From: a virus | Taxonomy: Duplodnaviria; Heunggongvirae; Uroviricota; Caudoviricetes | Strand: one strand, 5' to 3' | Virus record (IMG/VR): IMGVR_UViG_3300049044_000033 | Span: 222,796-286,795 of that record | DNA length: 64,000 nt | Part shown: in pieces, positions 53,246 to 63,357 of the stretch | How positions within the stretch are numbered: the first letter of the stretch is position 1 | Layout: each line of letters starts with the position of its first letter | Notes under the pieces: model-generated | What the model was told of the DNA's origin: nothing | Databases searched by the model: none | What the model saw: only the letters and a program-made list of their open reading frames with translations | Position numbers and translations under genes: made by a program

Positions 53246-53578
53246 TTAGAAAGTGAAAGCTGCTACCACAACAGTGAAGCCGCAAGCGTTCGAAACTTCA
53301 GTGCTGAACGCAGTCAGGTCACCGAAAACTTCGTTGTGCTCAACAGCAAAACGCAGGGTGCCAGTGGTGGTGTTACCAGCTGGGGTGCCCATGATCACTG
53401 GCTGTGCGCGGATCGAAAGTGCTTCGATCAGCTTGTCCAGCTTAACGTTGTGACCTGCAGTTGCGGTCAGGATGTCACCAGTTACGGTGGCAGTGAACAT
53501 CTTCATTGCGCCCGAAAGGAACTGGTCTGGGGTAGCAACGAAGCCGTTTACCTTATCAGTCATTGTAAATCTCCTCAA
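53246..53578 (-). CDS. hypothetical protein (110 aa)
   Basis: ORF, Thr/Ala/Gly-rich. Confidence 0.4.
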   Translation of the reverse strand: MRRFTMTDKVNGFVATPDQFLSGAMKMFTATVTGDILTATAGHNVKLDKLIEALSIRAQPVIMGTPAGNTTTGTLRFAVEHNEVFGDLTAFSTEVSNACGFTVVVAAFTF

Positions 53579-53616
53579 AGAGAGTTTCTATTTCTCTTAT
53601 TTATACAAGAGCGGAT

Positions 53617-53802
53617 TTAACGACGGATAATTACGGTCTCATTCTTAGCTTTACGCTTCTTTTTGCGCTCAGCTGCGTCGTAGATTCCTTTGTGCCCATT
53701 TGGATCAAATCCAGCACCGATGCCACCGATACTAGTGGCCACGCTACCTGCTGCTGAGGCGCCCGCAGACGCTGTCTCGTTTATAATTTCTGCCCAACGC
53801 AT
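53617..53802 (-). CDS. hypothetical small protein
   Basis: 61 aa ORF. Confidence 0.3.
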   Translation of the reverse strand: MRWAEIINETASAGASAAGSVATSIGGIGAGFDPNGHKGIYDAAERKKKRKAKNETVIIRR

Positions 53803-53803
53803 A

Positions 53804-54709
53804 TCACACCCTCAAGCCCATCTTTCTAAACTTATCGACAGGGATTTCTGCCTTCAGACTATTTAAGCGCTCAAGATAGATTTTCTTAATTGTTGCTACT
53901 TCTTGGACTGAGAAGCAGCGAGTGACTGAATACCAGATCGCTTCAAGAGAATCTAGGTCAGAGTTACGGAAATAGTTTCCACGAAAGATGAACTCTTCAA
54001 CTTCCTTGGGGTTATCAATGACGGTCGCCGAAGCTGTCAAGGCCGAGGGGTAGATAGCCAAGAAGTCATCCTTAGCTAGTTCAGCAAAGTCCTTCACTCG
54101 ACCCTTTCCATCTTTCCTCATAGGGCGGTGACGATAACGCCAAACTATACCACGATCATGGAAGAAGGTCGGACCCACTCGGGCAATGACTTCTTCATTC
54201 TCTTCCAAAACCCAGTCACTATTGAAGGCAACTAGAGCCTTGATTAATTCTGTTCGATAAAGACCCTTAAAGTTAGACTCGCCAGATCCCAAATGCCACC
54301 AGTGGGCAGGCTTAATAGGCATACTAGGAGAATAATAGGAAAACGCTTGCCAGGCATAGTTTCCAAACATGAAGTCTACTTGAACGTAACCATGCTTCTC
54401 ATTGCCTCTAATGGGCACCGCAGTGAAGATCTGATTATTACCAGGGCGAGGCTTAACATGATCTTCTCCCAAGAGCGTAGTCAATGCGTTAGCTACCTCT
54501 TCTTGGTTATAGAGTTCAATATTCATGTTGAGGTCCAGGTCACCAGAATCGATGTTCTTACCCGCACTGCCTAGGAGGTGATCAATATAGTCACCGCCTT
54601 GAATCTTAGACCCAGACCAGTTAGCTGTTAGCCAATTAAGAGTCGGCTTGATCTCTTCCTTTAGGATGCGACGGGTAATCCCCTCAAATGCCTTACCGCC
54701 CATTTTCAA
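53804..54709 (-). CDS. Pol-beta-superfamily nucleotidyltransferase
   Basis: LGSAGKNIDSGDLDLNM fits the [GS]-x(7-13)-D-h-D-h NTase signature. 301 aa. Start overlaps the stop of the ligase gene. Confidence 0.5.
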   Translation of the reverse strand: MKMGGKAFEGITRRILKEEIKPTLNWLTANWSGSKIQGGDYIDHLLGSAGKNIDSGDLDLNMNIELYNQEEVANALTTLLGEDHVKPRPGNNQIFTAVPIRGNEKHGYVQVDFMFGNYAWQAFSYYSPSMPIKPAHWWHLGSGESNFKGLYRTELIKALVAFNSDWVLEENEEVIARVGPTFFHDRGIVWRYRHRPMRKDGKGRVKDFAELAKDDFLAIYPSALTASATVIDNPKEVEEFIFRGNYFRNSDLDSLEAIWYSVTRCFSVQEVATIKKIYLERLNSLKAEIPVDKFRKMGLRV

Positions 54710-55859
54710 TTCTCTTTCTTGTATCGTAAAACATACCTAGGGTTCGTAGATGTAGAGACCCGTCATACCTAATAGACCACTTCTTTCTAAGGAGATGAAT
54801 TTCCTTAGTCAGTTTTGTGTGATGCTTCAAATACCGCTCTAATAGCATATCTAAGCGGGCTAGTCGCTCTGCTTTTGGCCAATCCTTTGTTCGACTCAGA
54901 AAGCTTGATCGAGCAGGACGGCGACCTCCAACAATCCAGTATTTTACCCTGTGGGTAAACAGATTCAGGTCCGGAAAGACCTCACGATTGACGATCTTAA
55001 AAGTCACGTCGTCAGCTTGAACCACAAAGCCTTCCTGGAGGCCAGTAGTGCTCTTGACCGAACCTATCCCCTGTCGAGTAAAGGATTCAAAAACACTTCG
55101 TATGAAATCATATAAGATATCATCATATGACTCTTTTAGGAGAGCCTTCTCAGTTTTGATCTCTTCTTTTAGTTCGGCCCACTTTCGGTCACCTGTCATA
55201 GGATGCTTTTTAGCCAAACTAGCTTCCATAACATCGAGAGCTGTTAAGCCAGTTATGTTACTTTTCCGAAAGAGGAACTGCTTTAAATTAGATTCCAACA
55301 CAGATATCGGATGGAAGAGGTTAGCGTTATATTCACTGAACTTGCTAAGGATTGAGAACTTCCAGTTCCACTCAAGGCAGTAGGTTTGCGGGTTTCTTCC
55401 ATCAAGGGTAAACAATGCCCCTGGAGGGGACATAACGCTGAATGACCGTAATATGATCTCCACATCAGTAGAGATTTCAACATTAGAGCCAATGATAACA
55501 ATCCGCGCAGATTCACCCGCCCCTAGTGTGTAGGGGATGGTGTTGGGCATAGTTCCATGGATAATTTCAGCCTGGAACTTGTGACCTTTGTCTATCAGGT
55601 CCTGGCTAATCAGTTCAGCTATTAAAGAGCCTGCACAATGGTGAGCCATCCGATAGGTAGAAGCCCAACACTCAAGAGGCCATTCATCAATTGAATAACA
55701 TGCAGGAGCGCCTTTGCGCTTGGAGAAGAAACGACCGTCATCGTCGAGACCGAACTCGAAAGAGGATCCGTCAAGCTTTTCACTGATAGTCCAGCTACCA
55801 TGAACTAGCCTCAAAAGCGTTCGAGGAGGAAGATCACCTATGTGCGGTATGCTGGTCAT
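54693..55859 (-). CDS. ATP-dependent polynucleotide ligase (DNA/RNA ligase nucleotidyltransferase family)
   Basis: Motif I EKLDGSS (KxDG), motif Ia-like FSKRKG, motif IV-like EGFVVQ. 388 aa. Confidence 0.55.
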   Translation of the reverse strand: MTSIPHIGDLPPRTLLRLVHGSWTISEKLDGSSFEFGLDDDGRFFSKRKGAPACYSIDEWPLECWASTYRMAHHCAGSLIAELISQDLIDKGHKFQAEIIHGTMPNTIPYTLGAGESARIVIIGSNVEISTDVEIILRSFSVMSPPGALFTLDGRNPQTYCLEWNWKFSILSKFSEYNANLFHPISVLESNLKQFLFRKSNITGLTALDVMEASLAKKHPMTGDRKWAELKEEIKTEKALLKESYDDILYDFIRSVFESFTRQGIGSVKSTTGLQEGFVVQADDVTFKIVNREVFPDLNLFTHRVKYWIVGGRRPARSSFLSRTKDWPKAERLARLDMLLERYLKHHTKLTKEIHLLRKKWSIRYDGSLHLRTLGMFYDTRKRIENGR

Positions 55860-55895
55860 GCCTGGCTAATAGCACAAGCATGACCAAAGATCAAA

Positions 55896-56831
55896 TTAGG
55901 TTCGGCTGCGAAGGAGTGCAAAGCCGATCATTGCCAAGGTTTTCTTTTCCTTGTCGGTGAATTCGCTAGGCTTGTTGGTCATACTGGCCTTGCGCAACAT
56001 AGCAGAAACAGTTTGTGGTTTGATGCCCATAGCATCAAGAGCGCGCATCATTTCCTTAGTGTCATACTGTCCGCTTGGCTTCTTACCGCCTTCGTTCGGA
56101 CCTAGATCAGGATCTCGACTCGAACCAAAAGTTTTTGCCTTGCCGGCAAGACCCATCTTAGTAGCCTGAGCAATTGCATCAGCCTGGTCGTTTTCTGGAC
56201 CATTATAGAGATACTGGTCATTGATACGAGCTGCAGAAAAGTTCATGATAGCATCAACGACGTTGCTGGACAGAACATCGCCATCACCAACAGCAACCTT
56301 TTCTTCAAGATCAATTGACTCTTTGGCAGGTTGACCGACCTTACCGTAGTCACTCAACTTAGTATTGAGATCCTTGGGAATTGGACGACCATCTTCCTTG
56401 TCAGCAGTGCTAGAAGGAGTCTTAGGAGAGGGTGCGGGTTTCTTTTCATCTGCTGAATCATTAGAAGCCTCGGGAGAAATCTCTGCCTTATGCATCACAA
56501 AATCAATGTCTTCATCATCGAAGCCAATCCTGTGAGTCATGAAACGATCCATGTCATCTAGAGTTCCTTGACGATCAGTCTGACCCAACCAAGTCGTCCA
56601 CTGTTGCTTCAGATTCTTAGCAAGTTCCTTGCGCTCTTTGTCGCCGAGATTACGATGAATCTTGTTCTTGAGGTTGTCTACCCAACCTTCAAGCAAAGTC
56701 TCTTCTCGAGTTTCGAGGAGGTCTAGAACTCGACGCATGTCTTGACTGTCATTTGCCATTCTTTTTCTCCTCTTTTCTGAACTCGCGAATCTTCCTATTA
56801 AATTTGTCAGGATCTCGGTTCTTGATTGCAC
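55896..56831 (-). CDS. hypothetical protein (311 aa)
   Basis: ORF with acidic segments. Confidence 0.45.
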   Translation of the reverse strand: MQSRTEILTNLIGRFASSEKRRKRMANDSQDMRRVLDLLETREETLLEGWVDNLKNKIHRNLGDKERKELAKNLKQQWTTWLGQTDRQGTLDDMDRFMTHRIGFDDEDIDFVMHKAEISPEASNDSADEKKPAPSPKTPSSTADKEDGRPIPKDLNTKLSDYGKVGQPAKESIDLEEKVAVGDGDVLSSNVVDAIMNFSAARINDQYLYNGPENDQADAIAQATKMGLAGKAKTFGSSRDPDLGPNEGGKKPSGQYDTKEMMRALDAMGIKPQTVSAMLRKASMTNKPSEFTDKEKKTLAMIGFALLRSRT

Positions 56832-57015
56832 CTAAGAGACGACGCTGAAGTTCGTCTGCTTCCTCTTCACTGAAGCTTTCAGCAATAAGGTTCATTAGGT
56901 TGACCGCACTAGCGATGACATTGCTCGCTCGGGCCTCTAGAATTTGGTGCTTATCCCTCTGGGGGACGAAGAGATCAAGCTCTTCAATTAAGCTTTTGAC
57001 TCGAGCGTCTTTCAT
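56749..57015 (-). CDS. hypothetical small protein
   Basis: 88 aa ORF. 3' end overlaps the 5' end of the downstream ORF, so boundaries are uncertain. Confidence 0.35.
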   Translation of the reverse strand: MKDARVKSLIEELDLFVPQRDKHQILEARASNVIASAVNLMNLIAESFSEEEADELQRRLLGAIKNRDPDKFNRKIREFRKEEKKNGK

Positions 57016-57020
57016 AGCTC

Positions 57021-57341
57021 TTACTCCTTGGAGAATCCAGAATAGCGTTCCAATAACCTTTCCAGCATATTGGCAGCGAGTGCTAAACCCTCTTCGACGC
57101 CGCGAGCATAGTCCAGATTACCATCGGGTTCACTGTAACTGCGGAGTTTAAAAATCATATCATTTACATCTTCAACTAGGTATGGAGTACCATCGAGGTC
57201 AGGGACCTCGATGCTCTCTAGAATCATGTCATCCTCAAGAGACATGGAAGTGCTTTCAGTTAATCTGAAATACCTCCTAATGTCATCTGGTTGGCTGTCC
57301 ATCCATGACTCTCCTAACTGGCGCGCAACCCTATTTAGCAA
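57021..57341 (-). CDS. hypothetical protein (106 aa)
   Basis: ORF immediately downstream of the helicase gene. Confidence 0.4.
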   Translation of the reverse strand: MLNRVARQLGESWMDSQPDDIRRYFRLTESTSMSLEDDMILESIEVPDLDGTPYLVEDVNDMIFKLRSYSEPDGNLDYARGVEEGLALAANMLERLLERYSGFSKE

Positions 57342-58865
57342 TTACCTACGGAGGTTCTTTGCAAGATTCCGTAGATTAGCGCCATCTGCTTGAGCCTTAC
57401 CTACATCACCTGCTGCTACTGGAGCAGAATGTTTCTGTAATATGGGATTATTAGCCGCTGGTCCCTTGAGGGCAGTTGGATCTTTCTCTTGATTATACGA
57501 GGTGCCGATATTCTTAGGCACTACCGTTGAGATGTTTGCCTTCAGACCTTGTGTAATTGCCGAAACCCCTGAGCTGCGCCCTTCTGCCATTTCAGCAGGT
57601 GCGTCAGTGATCCTAAGGGTGTTGGGATCAATCTTCAAGAAGATCTTCTGACCTACACCAGAGGATGAACGCGTCTTGAGGAACTGAATCTGGTACTCAC
57701 CACGTTCCTTCATAGCAGCCGTAGTCAAGATGGCCATCACGTTATCTGCCGTGTTGATCTTCGAAATACCACCTGCAATGTGACTTGCGTCAAAGTCTTG
57801 TTCCTGAATAGAAGCACGATTAAGCTGAGAAGCTGTCGCGCACAAGATGTTCCATTCAACTGCTAGGGCTCGTAGTTCTTCAGAGGTGAACTTATCCTTG
57901 ATGAACTGATCCGAAACGTTGATCTTACCACTATTGGGATGCATCAAGTCCAAGTAGTCGACCACGATTGCGTCGGGACGAGCACCGGTCTGGATCTCAA
58001 ATTCCTGCAAGTAGGCTCGGATATCATTAGCAGTCGTACCAGCCATGGGCAGCTTCTTAATCTGAAGCTTGCCCCACTTATGAGCCTTACCACCTTGCTT
58101 GCGCATCATACCGAGGCGCATCGCAACTTCATCAATGTCTTTGAAGATCTGCTTAGTGGGCATCTCAGTGATCATTGCGTCATAACGCAAGCCCACCAGT
58201 TCTTCAGAAAGTTCCATTGTGATGTAGATAACGCTAAGACCCATCTGAACCCAGTTGAGTGCTAGGTTCTGAAGGAAGAGCGATTTACCCGTACCAGGTC
58301 CACCACAGAAGAAGCTGATTTCACCGCGGTTAAAACCACCATACAGCTTGGAGTCAATATCCTTCCAACCCGTCGGAGTAGTGTCAGTCTTATCCCTCAT
58401 GCGCTCAAGGCGCTCCTTGGGATCCATGAAGTAATCCGTACCGAGTTCAGTCTGTAGACTGATCAGCATGTTCTCTTTGGACCGGCGTTCAAGCTCTGCG
58501 TAGTCACCCTTGGAGATCAACTGTGGACCTTCAAAGACAAGGGCTTCCATGGCTTTGTGTCGACAAAAATCCGCAATTGTGTTTAGGAACCATTCAACGT
58601 GATTCGATTGAACATTGGGGATCGTAGGAGTATCAACACCTGTCTCTGCCTTTACCTGTTCAGGTGTGGGAAGAGCACGGTATTCGTTTGTGAACTTCTG
58701 GATATAACGAACAACCGGGCGAAGGCGCTCATTCCAGTAATCGGGCTTTACAATATTCTGACAGCGAACGTATGCGCTGTTATCGGTAAGCATGAACTGA
58801 ATGAGGACCTTCTGGACCTCTTCGCTATATTCCTTGAGCTCTGTTTCTTCTTTTCTTTGGCTCAC
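57342..58865 (-). CDS. DnaB-family replicative DNA helicase (T4 gp41-like)
   Basis: 507 aa. Walker A FFCGGPGTGKS, RecA-like DnaB C-terminal domain motifs. Confidence 0.85.
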   Translation of the reverse strand: MSQRKEETELKEYSEEVQKVLIQFMLTDNSAYVRCQNIVKPDYWNERLRPVVRYIQKFTNEYRALPTPEQVKAETGVDTPTIPNVQSNHVEWFLNTIADFCRHKAMEALVFEGPQLISKGDYAELERRSKENMLISLQTELGTDYFMDPKERLERMRDKTDTTPTGWKDIDSKLYGGFNRGEISFFCGGPGTGKSLFLQNLALNWVQMGLSVIYITMELSEELVGLRYDAMITEMPTKQIFKDIDEVAMRLGMMRKQGGKAHKWGKLQIKKLPMAGTTANDIRAYLQEFEIQTGARPDAIVVDYLDLMHPNSGKINVSDQFIKDKFTSEELRALAVEWNILCATASQLNRASIQEQDFDASHIAGGISKINTADNVMAILTTAAMKERGEYQIQFLKTRSSSGVGQKIFLKIDPNTLRITDAPAEMAEGRSSGVSAITQGLKANISTVVPKNIGTSYNQEKDPTALKGPAANNPILQKHSAPVAAGDVGKAQADGANLRNLAKNLRR

Positions 58866-58881
58866 AGGACCTCCTGGTCTC

Positions 58882-59913
58882 TTATATTAGACGTTGCCGC
58901 CTTACACCTATTTCTAGCTTATTCTTTGTCATGGCATCAATAATTGACCACACCGTGTAGAGTTTTCCGTAAGCTTTTACGGCATCCGCAGCGTCCTTGA
59001 TGCCCTGGTCCCAGCGAGGGAAGCTAACGTGCCAGCCTTCACTGAGCGCAACATCAACAAGCTTACCGCCTTGTTCTACGCGATCGGGAACAACGATGAT
59101 CTTTTTGCCAGTTTGATTAAGCCAGCGTGCCTGGTCAGGCATGACTTTGTCACCTAGCATCGCTATACCATTTATCGCAATACCGTCGAAGGGACCTTCA
59201 CAGATGAAGATATATTCCCAGTCATTCTTGATTGCGTCGGTATTGAATAGATAGCGAGGCTGAACCTCACTGAAGTACCGCATAGGTGACGAATTGTCGA
59301 TCACACGAGCAGTCCAACCTACGACTTCGTTTTCCCAGTAGAAGGGAATAATGATTCGTCGGTTGAGACTGTTCGCTTTGTTTGGTGTCCAGTAGAAATC
59401 CCCACCTAAGAGGATGTCATCTCCTCGACTAGACAAATAGGTCAGTGCGTCTTGGAAATCCGGATCTTCCAGTCCATGCTCTAACCAATACGAGATCGGC
59501 TTGGCATCCTTAGGCAAAGCTACTGACTTGAACGTCAGTTTCTCTAGGAGCTCACGAGGGGCTAACGAGATAGCTTCGCCCTTGTTGAGCATATCCTTTC
59601 GGAGTTCATCAACATAGAAGCCCAGCCAGTCGAGTTCCTCCTTGGGCATTCCCAGCCACTGAAAATAGCTGCGCCATTTAGAAGTTAATCGACTGCCCGG
59701 AGACCAAGACGTCTTAAATCCACAGTTGAAGCAGGAGATTGTTGTTCGACCATCAAAGTCAAACATCAAGCCTCCACGCTTCTTAGTATCAGGACGAGAC
59801 TGACCGTTGTGAATACAGCATGGTCCATTAAACCTCATCCACCTACTAGGGGTGACTTGCGCCCTAGATATGTGTTTGATCAACGCATCGTAGACAAGGG
59901 TTAAATGGGACAT
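58882..59913 (-). CDS. DNA primase (zinc-binding plus TOPRIM, gp61/DnaG-like)
   Basis: N-terminal Cys cluster CCIHNGQ...CFNCGFK and TOPRIM IFICEGPFDGIAI. Adjacent to and coupled with the helicase gene. Confidence 0.8.
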   Translation of the reverse strand: MSHLTLVYDALIKHISRAQVTPSRWMRFNGPCCIHNGQSRPDTKKRGGLMFDFDGRTTISCFNCGFKTSWSPGSRLTSKWRSYFQWLGMPKEELDWLGFYVDELRKDMLNKGEAISLAPRELLEKLTFKSVALPKDAKPISYWLEHGLEDPDFQDALTYLSSRGDDILLGGDFYWTPNKANSLNRRIIIPFYWENEVVGWTARVIDNSSPMRYFSEVQPRYLFNTDAIKNDWEYIFICEGPFDGIAINGIAMLGDKVMPDQARWLNQTGKKIIVVPDRVEQGGKLVDVALSEGWHVSFPRWDQGIKDAADAVKAYGKLYTVWSIIDAMTKNKLEIGVRRQRLI

Positions 59914-61616
59914 TAGAAATCAAACAATCCATTGTTGACAATCTGAGCTTCTTCCTTTTCCTTAGGATTAGCCAAAATAGTCATCTTCTCTTCAGTTTTA
60001 ATAGCCTTAACGACATTTCGGTGAACCTTAATGTCAGGCATATCGAAGTCCACTAGAACCTGCGTTCCCTTTTCAGCATTGTCGCTTGCTAGGTAATTAA
60101 GGACCTTACGATTCCTTTCCAGGTAATCGTAATAGTTCTCAACCTGAAAGGCATCTTCCACTACACCCTTAAGCTCTAGCAATTGAGCTGGAACTTTAGC
60201 AGGATCACCTTCGTCGTAGAGATCCTGAGACTCATAAACCCCTTCCAAGTGAACTTGGACGTTGTGATTCATGAGCATCGCGTAGGTCACAACGTCCCAT
60301 GTCGATGTGAACTTAGGATCCACATTAACACAGATGTCACCCATTGTCAGCTTTTCGCCGATTGCGGTGCGAACAAAACGTGAACCTTCCACACCATCTA
60401 GACGTGCATGAAACATCTCTTCCAAGACATTAAGGAAAGGACGATCAGCCTCTGGCCCACGTGGAGGAAGAGGAATCTTCTCACCATTTGCATCAAGCTT
60501 GTATTTGACTCGACCTTTACCCGTACCTAGCATCTCATGACCAATGAGCTCAACTTCGTGCTCATCATCTTCATTGATCTTACCCATGTAGGTATTAGTT
60601 GGCAAGTAATGACGTCCGTCTAACTTCTCGCCCTGAATACTCCAGCTTTCCTTATTCAAGTTGTAGCCGAGGAAGACTTTTCCATAAGCTGCTAGAGTGA
60701 ATGGAGAGCTCACATCATAGGAGATAGTGAAGTTTGGATTTATGCTCTCACGTACCTTGCGCTGGATAGTTGTGTAGACACAACCATGCTGGAACTTACC
60801 AACACCTAAGAAGTGCATCCAATCCTTGTCCTGGAGAAGACCATCTTCCCGCATATCCAAAATACGTCCAAGAGCCATCTCAAAGTTTTCCTTGTGATGA
60901 CTTGCTAGCGACCAACCCTCAAAGGGATAGTGCTTGACATTTTCATACCAGTTCTTGGATTCGTGCTTGTTACGACCCTGCACAACATTCAAAAACTTTG
61001 TAGCCCCCGGAACCCGGTTAGCCACAAAATAATCATTGTTGATCAAAGTCTGTAACATACAGGTGTAGAAGAGACGATCGTTAATATCGTTGATATCTCC
61101 ACCGTTCTTAATGATCAGAGCATCAAGTGCGTCTTTGTTTCCAGAATCAACAACTGCTGGATCCAAAGGATGTTCTAGACGCTTCAAGTGCTGGTCAATA
61201 TTACCAAGACCGATACCACCAGTAGGAAAGTCGAGAACCATTGACCAATCACAGTTGGCTTCCATCCAGCGCATCATCTTCTCGCGGGTCTTATCACCCT
61301 CGAACTTGATTGCACCAGTCTGGATCTGGAAGCCTCCCGAGTCACCCAACACTGTGGTCGGAGCGCGATCTCGTCCAGTAACCATATCCTTGCGATGCGT
61401 CACAGCATTGCCCTTAGCTGCCTGTCCTGCAGAATACAGAGCACAAGGTAGGTAGAACAAAGAAGTGGTTGGATCAAAGAAGTTTAGTTCTTTGCGAGGG
61501 ATAGGTGGTTCCCTCTTAGGGTTTTCCGCATTCACATAGCGGACATACATTTCCGATATGGCCGGAGTGAATCGCGCATAATCGCGATAACGCTTGGAAT
61601 AATCAATTCCGGACAT
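59913..61616 (-). CDS. tRNA-guanine-transglycosylase (TGT) superfamily protein, DpdA-like DNA transglycosylase candidate
   Basis: 567 aa. VLGDSGGFQIQ matches the TGT catalytic DSGGFQ and HFLGVGKFQHG matches LxGVGxP. Sits beside the replication genes. Confidence 0.55.
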   Translation of the reverse strand: MSGIDYSKRYRDYARFTPAISEMYVRYVNAENPKREPPIPRKELNFFDPTTSLFYLPCALYSAGQAAKGNAVTHRKDMVTGRDRAPTTVLGDSGGFQIQTGAIKFEGDKTREKMMRWMEANCDWSMVLDFPTGGIGLGNIDQHLKRLEHPLDPAVVDSGNKDALDALIIKNGGDINDINDRLFYTCMLQTLINNDYFVANRVPGATKFLNVVQGRNKHESKNWYENVKHYPFEGWSLASHHKENFEMALGRILDMREDGLLQDKDWMHFLGVGKFQHGCVYTTIQRKVRESINPNFTISYDVSSPFTLAAYGKVFLGYNLNKESWSIQGEKLDGRHYLPTNTYMGKINEDDEHEVELIGHEMLGTGKGRVKYKLDANGEKIPLPPRGPEADRPFLNVLEEMFHARLDGVEGSRFVRTAIGEKLTMGDICVNVDPKFTSTWDVVTYAMLMNHNVQVHLEGVYESQDLYDEGDPAKVPAQLLELKGVVEDAFQVENYYDYLERNRKVLNYLASDNAEKGTQVLVDFDMPDIKVHRNVVKAIKTEEKMTILANPKEKEEAQIVNNGLFDF

Positions 61617-61672
61617 TAACTGCCTCTCTCTTTATAGGGTTAACCACACTATAGGCTAACCCTACTGGACAG

Positions 61673-62593
61673 TCAATTTCTAAACGCTATTTTGGTGATT
61701 TTACCTAGGTCAGCAGGAAGGGGCTGAGGCATTTCATCTAACTGTTCAAAGCGGTTATAAACCCAGACACGAACCCACATTAAGTTTGCTTCAAAGGTAA
61801 AAGCTTCAGTAGAGGTTTGATGGTCATATTCTTTGATCTCAATATCAAACCAGTTCGATTCAGTAGGAGTGCTTGGTTCCAAACTACCTTGAATTCTGAT
61901 CTTACCAGAGAAGTTATCTAAGGTGGCTACTAAGGTGTGAACCCCGGAGGTGTTATTCCTCTGGAGAGAACCCTGTAGAGCAGACGAAACACGAATAGAT
62001 GTATCTACACCGTCGATCTCTTCACTTGTTTGCGACAGAGCTTCGTAGGGAATCTCAATGCTAGGTTGGGGATCAAAGATCGGCCCTTGTGCTAACTCGA
62101 AGAAGCCAGTCTGACTCTCGAAGGTATCCATATAGAGCAAGTGAGTGCTGCCATCAACATTGGTGACTTGAACGCTATAGGAATAGGTCTGTAGAAACCA
62201 GTCGGCCGTAACATCAGGTAGAAGCACTAGCTTACAGATACCCTTAGCTTCGTTAATGACTTTAAGGTCTTGCTGATGCAAGAGGGTATTGGTCTTCTGA
62301 TCAAATAGATTGATCTTAGCCGATCTACCCATCATATTAACAGGCTTGCGATCTGCATTCCTAACCACAAACTCGACGTCATTTTGGACGTCCTTGAAGA
62401 CACGGAAATCGTTGCTATTCATAGGGAGGTTCCAATTCACGACACCGCTGGGAAATTCCCTCAGGGTCAGTTCAACTCGTCGCTTTTTATCGTAGAGAAA
62501 AACTGTCATATGGTCCCCTAGGAAGCCCAAACTAGGATAGGCTAAATACCCCGTATTTATAGCAATATGTAGGTCGTTATAGTGTTGCCTCAA
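61673..62593 (-). CDS. hypothetical protein (306 aa)
   Basis: ORF. Confidence 0.45.
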   Translation of the reverse strand: MRQHYNDLHIAINTGYLAYPSLGFLGDHMTVFLYDKKRRVELTLREFPSGVVNWNLPMNSNDFRVFKDVQNDVEFVVRNADRKPVNMMGRSAKINLFDQKTNTLLHQQDLKVINEAKGICKLVLLPDVTADWFLQTYSYSVQVTNVDGSTHLLYMDTFESQTGFFELAQGPIFDPQPSIEIPYEALSQTSEEIDGVDTSIRVSSALQGSLQRNNTSGVHTLVATLDNFSGKIRIQGSLEPSTPTESNWFDIEIKEYDHQTSTEAFTFEANLMWVRVWVYNRFEQLDEMPQPLPADLGKITKIAFRN

Positions 62594-62944
62594 TTAGAGA
62601 AATTTCCATTTTTGACCCTAGGTCGATACCTTGATCAAGAATACCTTGGTATCGTGGGCAACAGTGATAACCAAATCACATCAATGTATATCTACAACAT
62701 GTTGCCAGACGAAGAGCACAAGAAGCTCTTTCTTCAGCTAGGTGACGAATGGTGGTGGGAAACGAATAGAGAAATGCCTATCAACGTTACCTTAAAGGAT
62801 CGTTGGACTGTATTTCGCCCATACTTGAAAACATTCATAACAAGCGACTTTCAGATCATCCAGGGGCCTTGTGTGAGCCTGGATACCGTTATGGTCAAGC
62901 GAGTTCGCCGTCGTCAGATTCAGCTTGTTCGTAAGCAGGACTAA
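62582..62944 (+). CDS. hypothetical protein (120 aa)
   Basis: ORF on the opposite strand in a divergent intergenic context. Confidence 0.35.
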   Translation: MLPQLEKFPFLTLGRYLDQEYLGIVGNSDNQITSMYIYNMLPDEEHKKLFLQLGDEWWWETNREMPINVTLKDRWTVFRPYLKTFITSDFQIIQGPCVSLDTVMVKRVRRRQIQLVRKQD

Positions 62945-63357
62945 AAGGACAGTTTGAACCTCAAGGCATCTGAAGAATCTTCAAACGTCCAATAAATTTT
63001 CAGATCATGAAGATGTTCCATTGTTATCGTGAAACTCCAACCACTGTTCGTATTGGCTGCTATCCAATTCACTCGCTCTTCAAAGAGCGAGTAAAGTTGA
63101 CGAACAGTATCGAGGTGATCAAAGTTAACAGTCGTGATCACTAAATTGTCTTGAGCCTCTTCCCTGAAATGAATGAAACGATTACAATTTAGACTACGTT
63201 CGTCTTCCTTCAGCTTCAGCATCTTTACGCTGTAGAGCGTCTGAGAATGTGGATAGAGTGTTGAAATAACATCGACCGCTAGCCAGGGTCCTTCTGGCCA
63301 CTGAGTGCTTATTACCTTCTCATACCGTCGGTTCTGAACCATTGGCCTTTTCCACAA
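62941..63357 (-). CDS. FKL-family related protein (dispersed copy)
   Basis: 138 aa. C-terminus SDALRFKLSF. Confidence 0.4.
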   Translation of the reverse strand: MWKRPMVQNRRYEKVISTQWPEGPWLAVDVISTLYPHSQTLYSVKMLKLKEDERSLNCNRFIHFREEAQDNLVITTVNFDHLDTVRQLYSLFEERVNWIAANTNSGWSFTITMEHLHDLKIYWTFEDSSDALRFKLSF

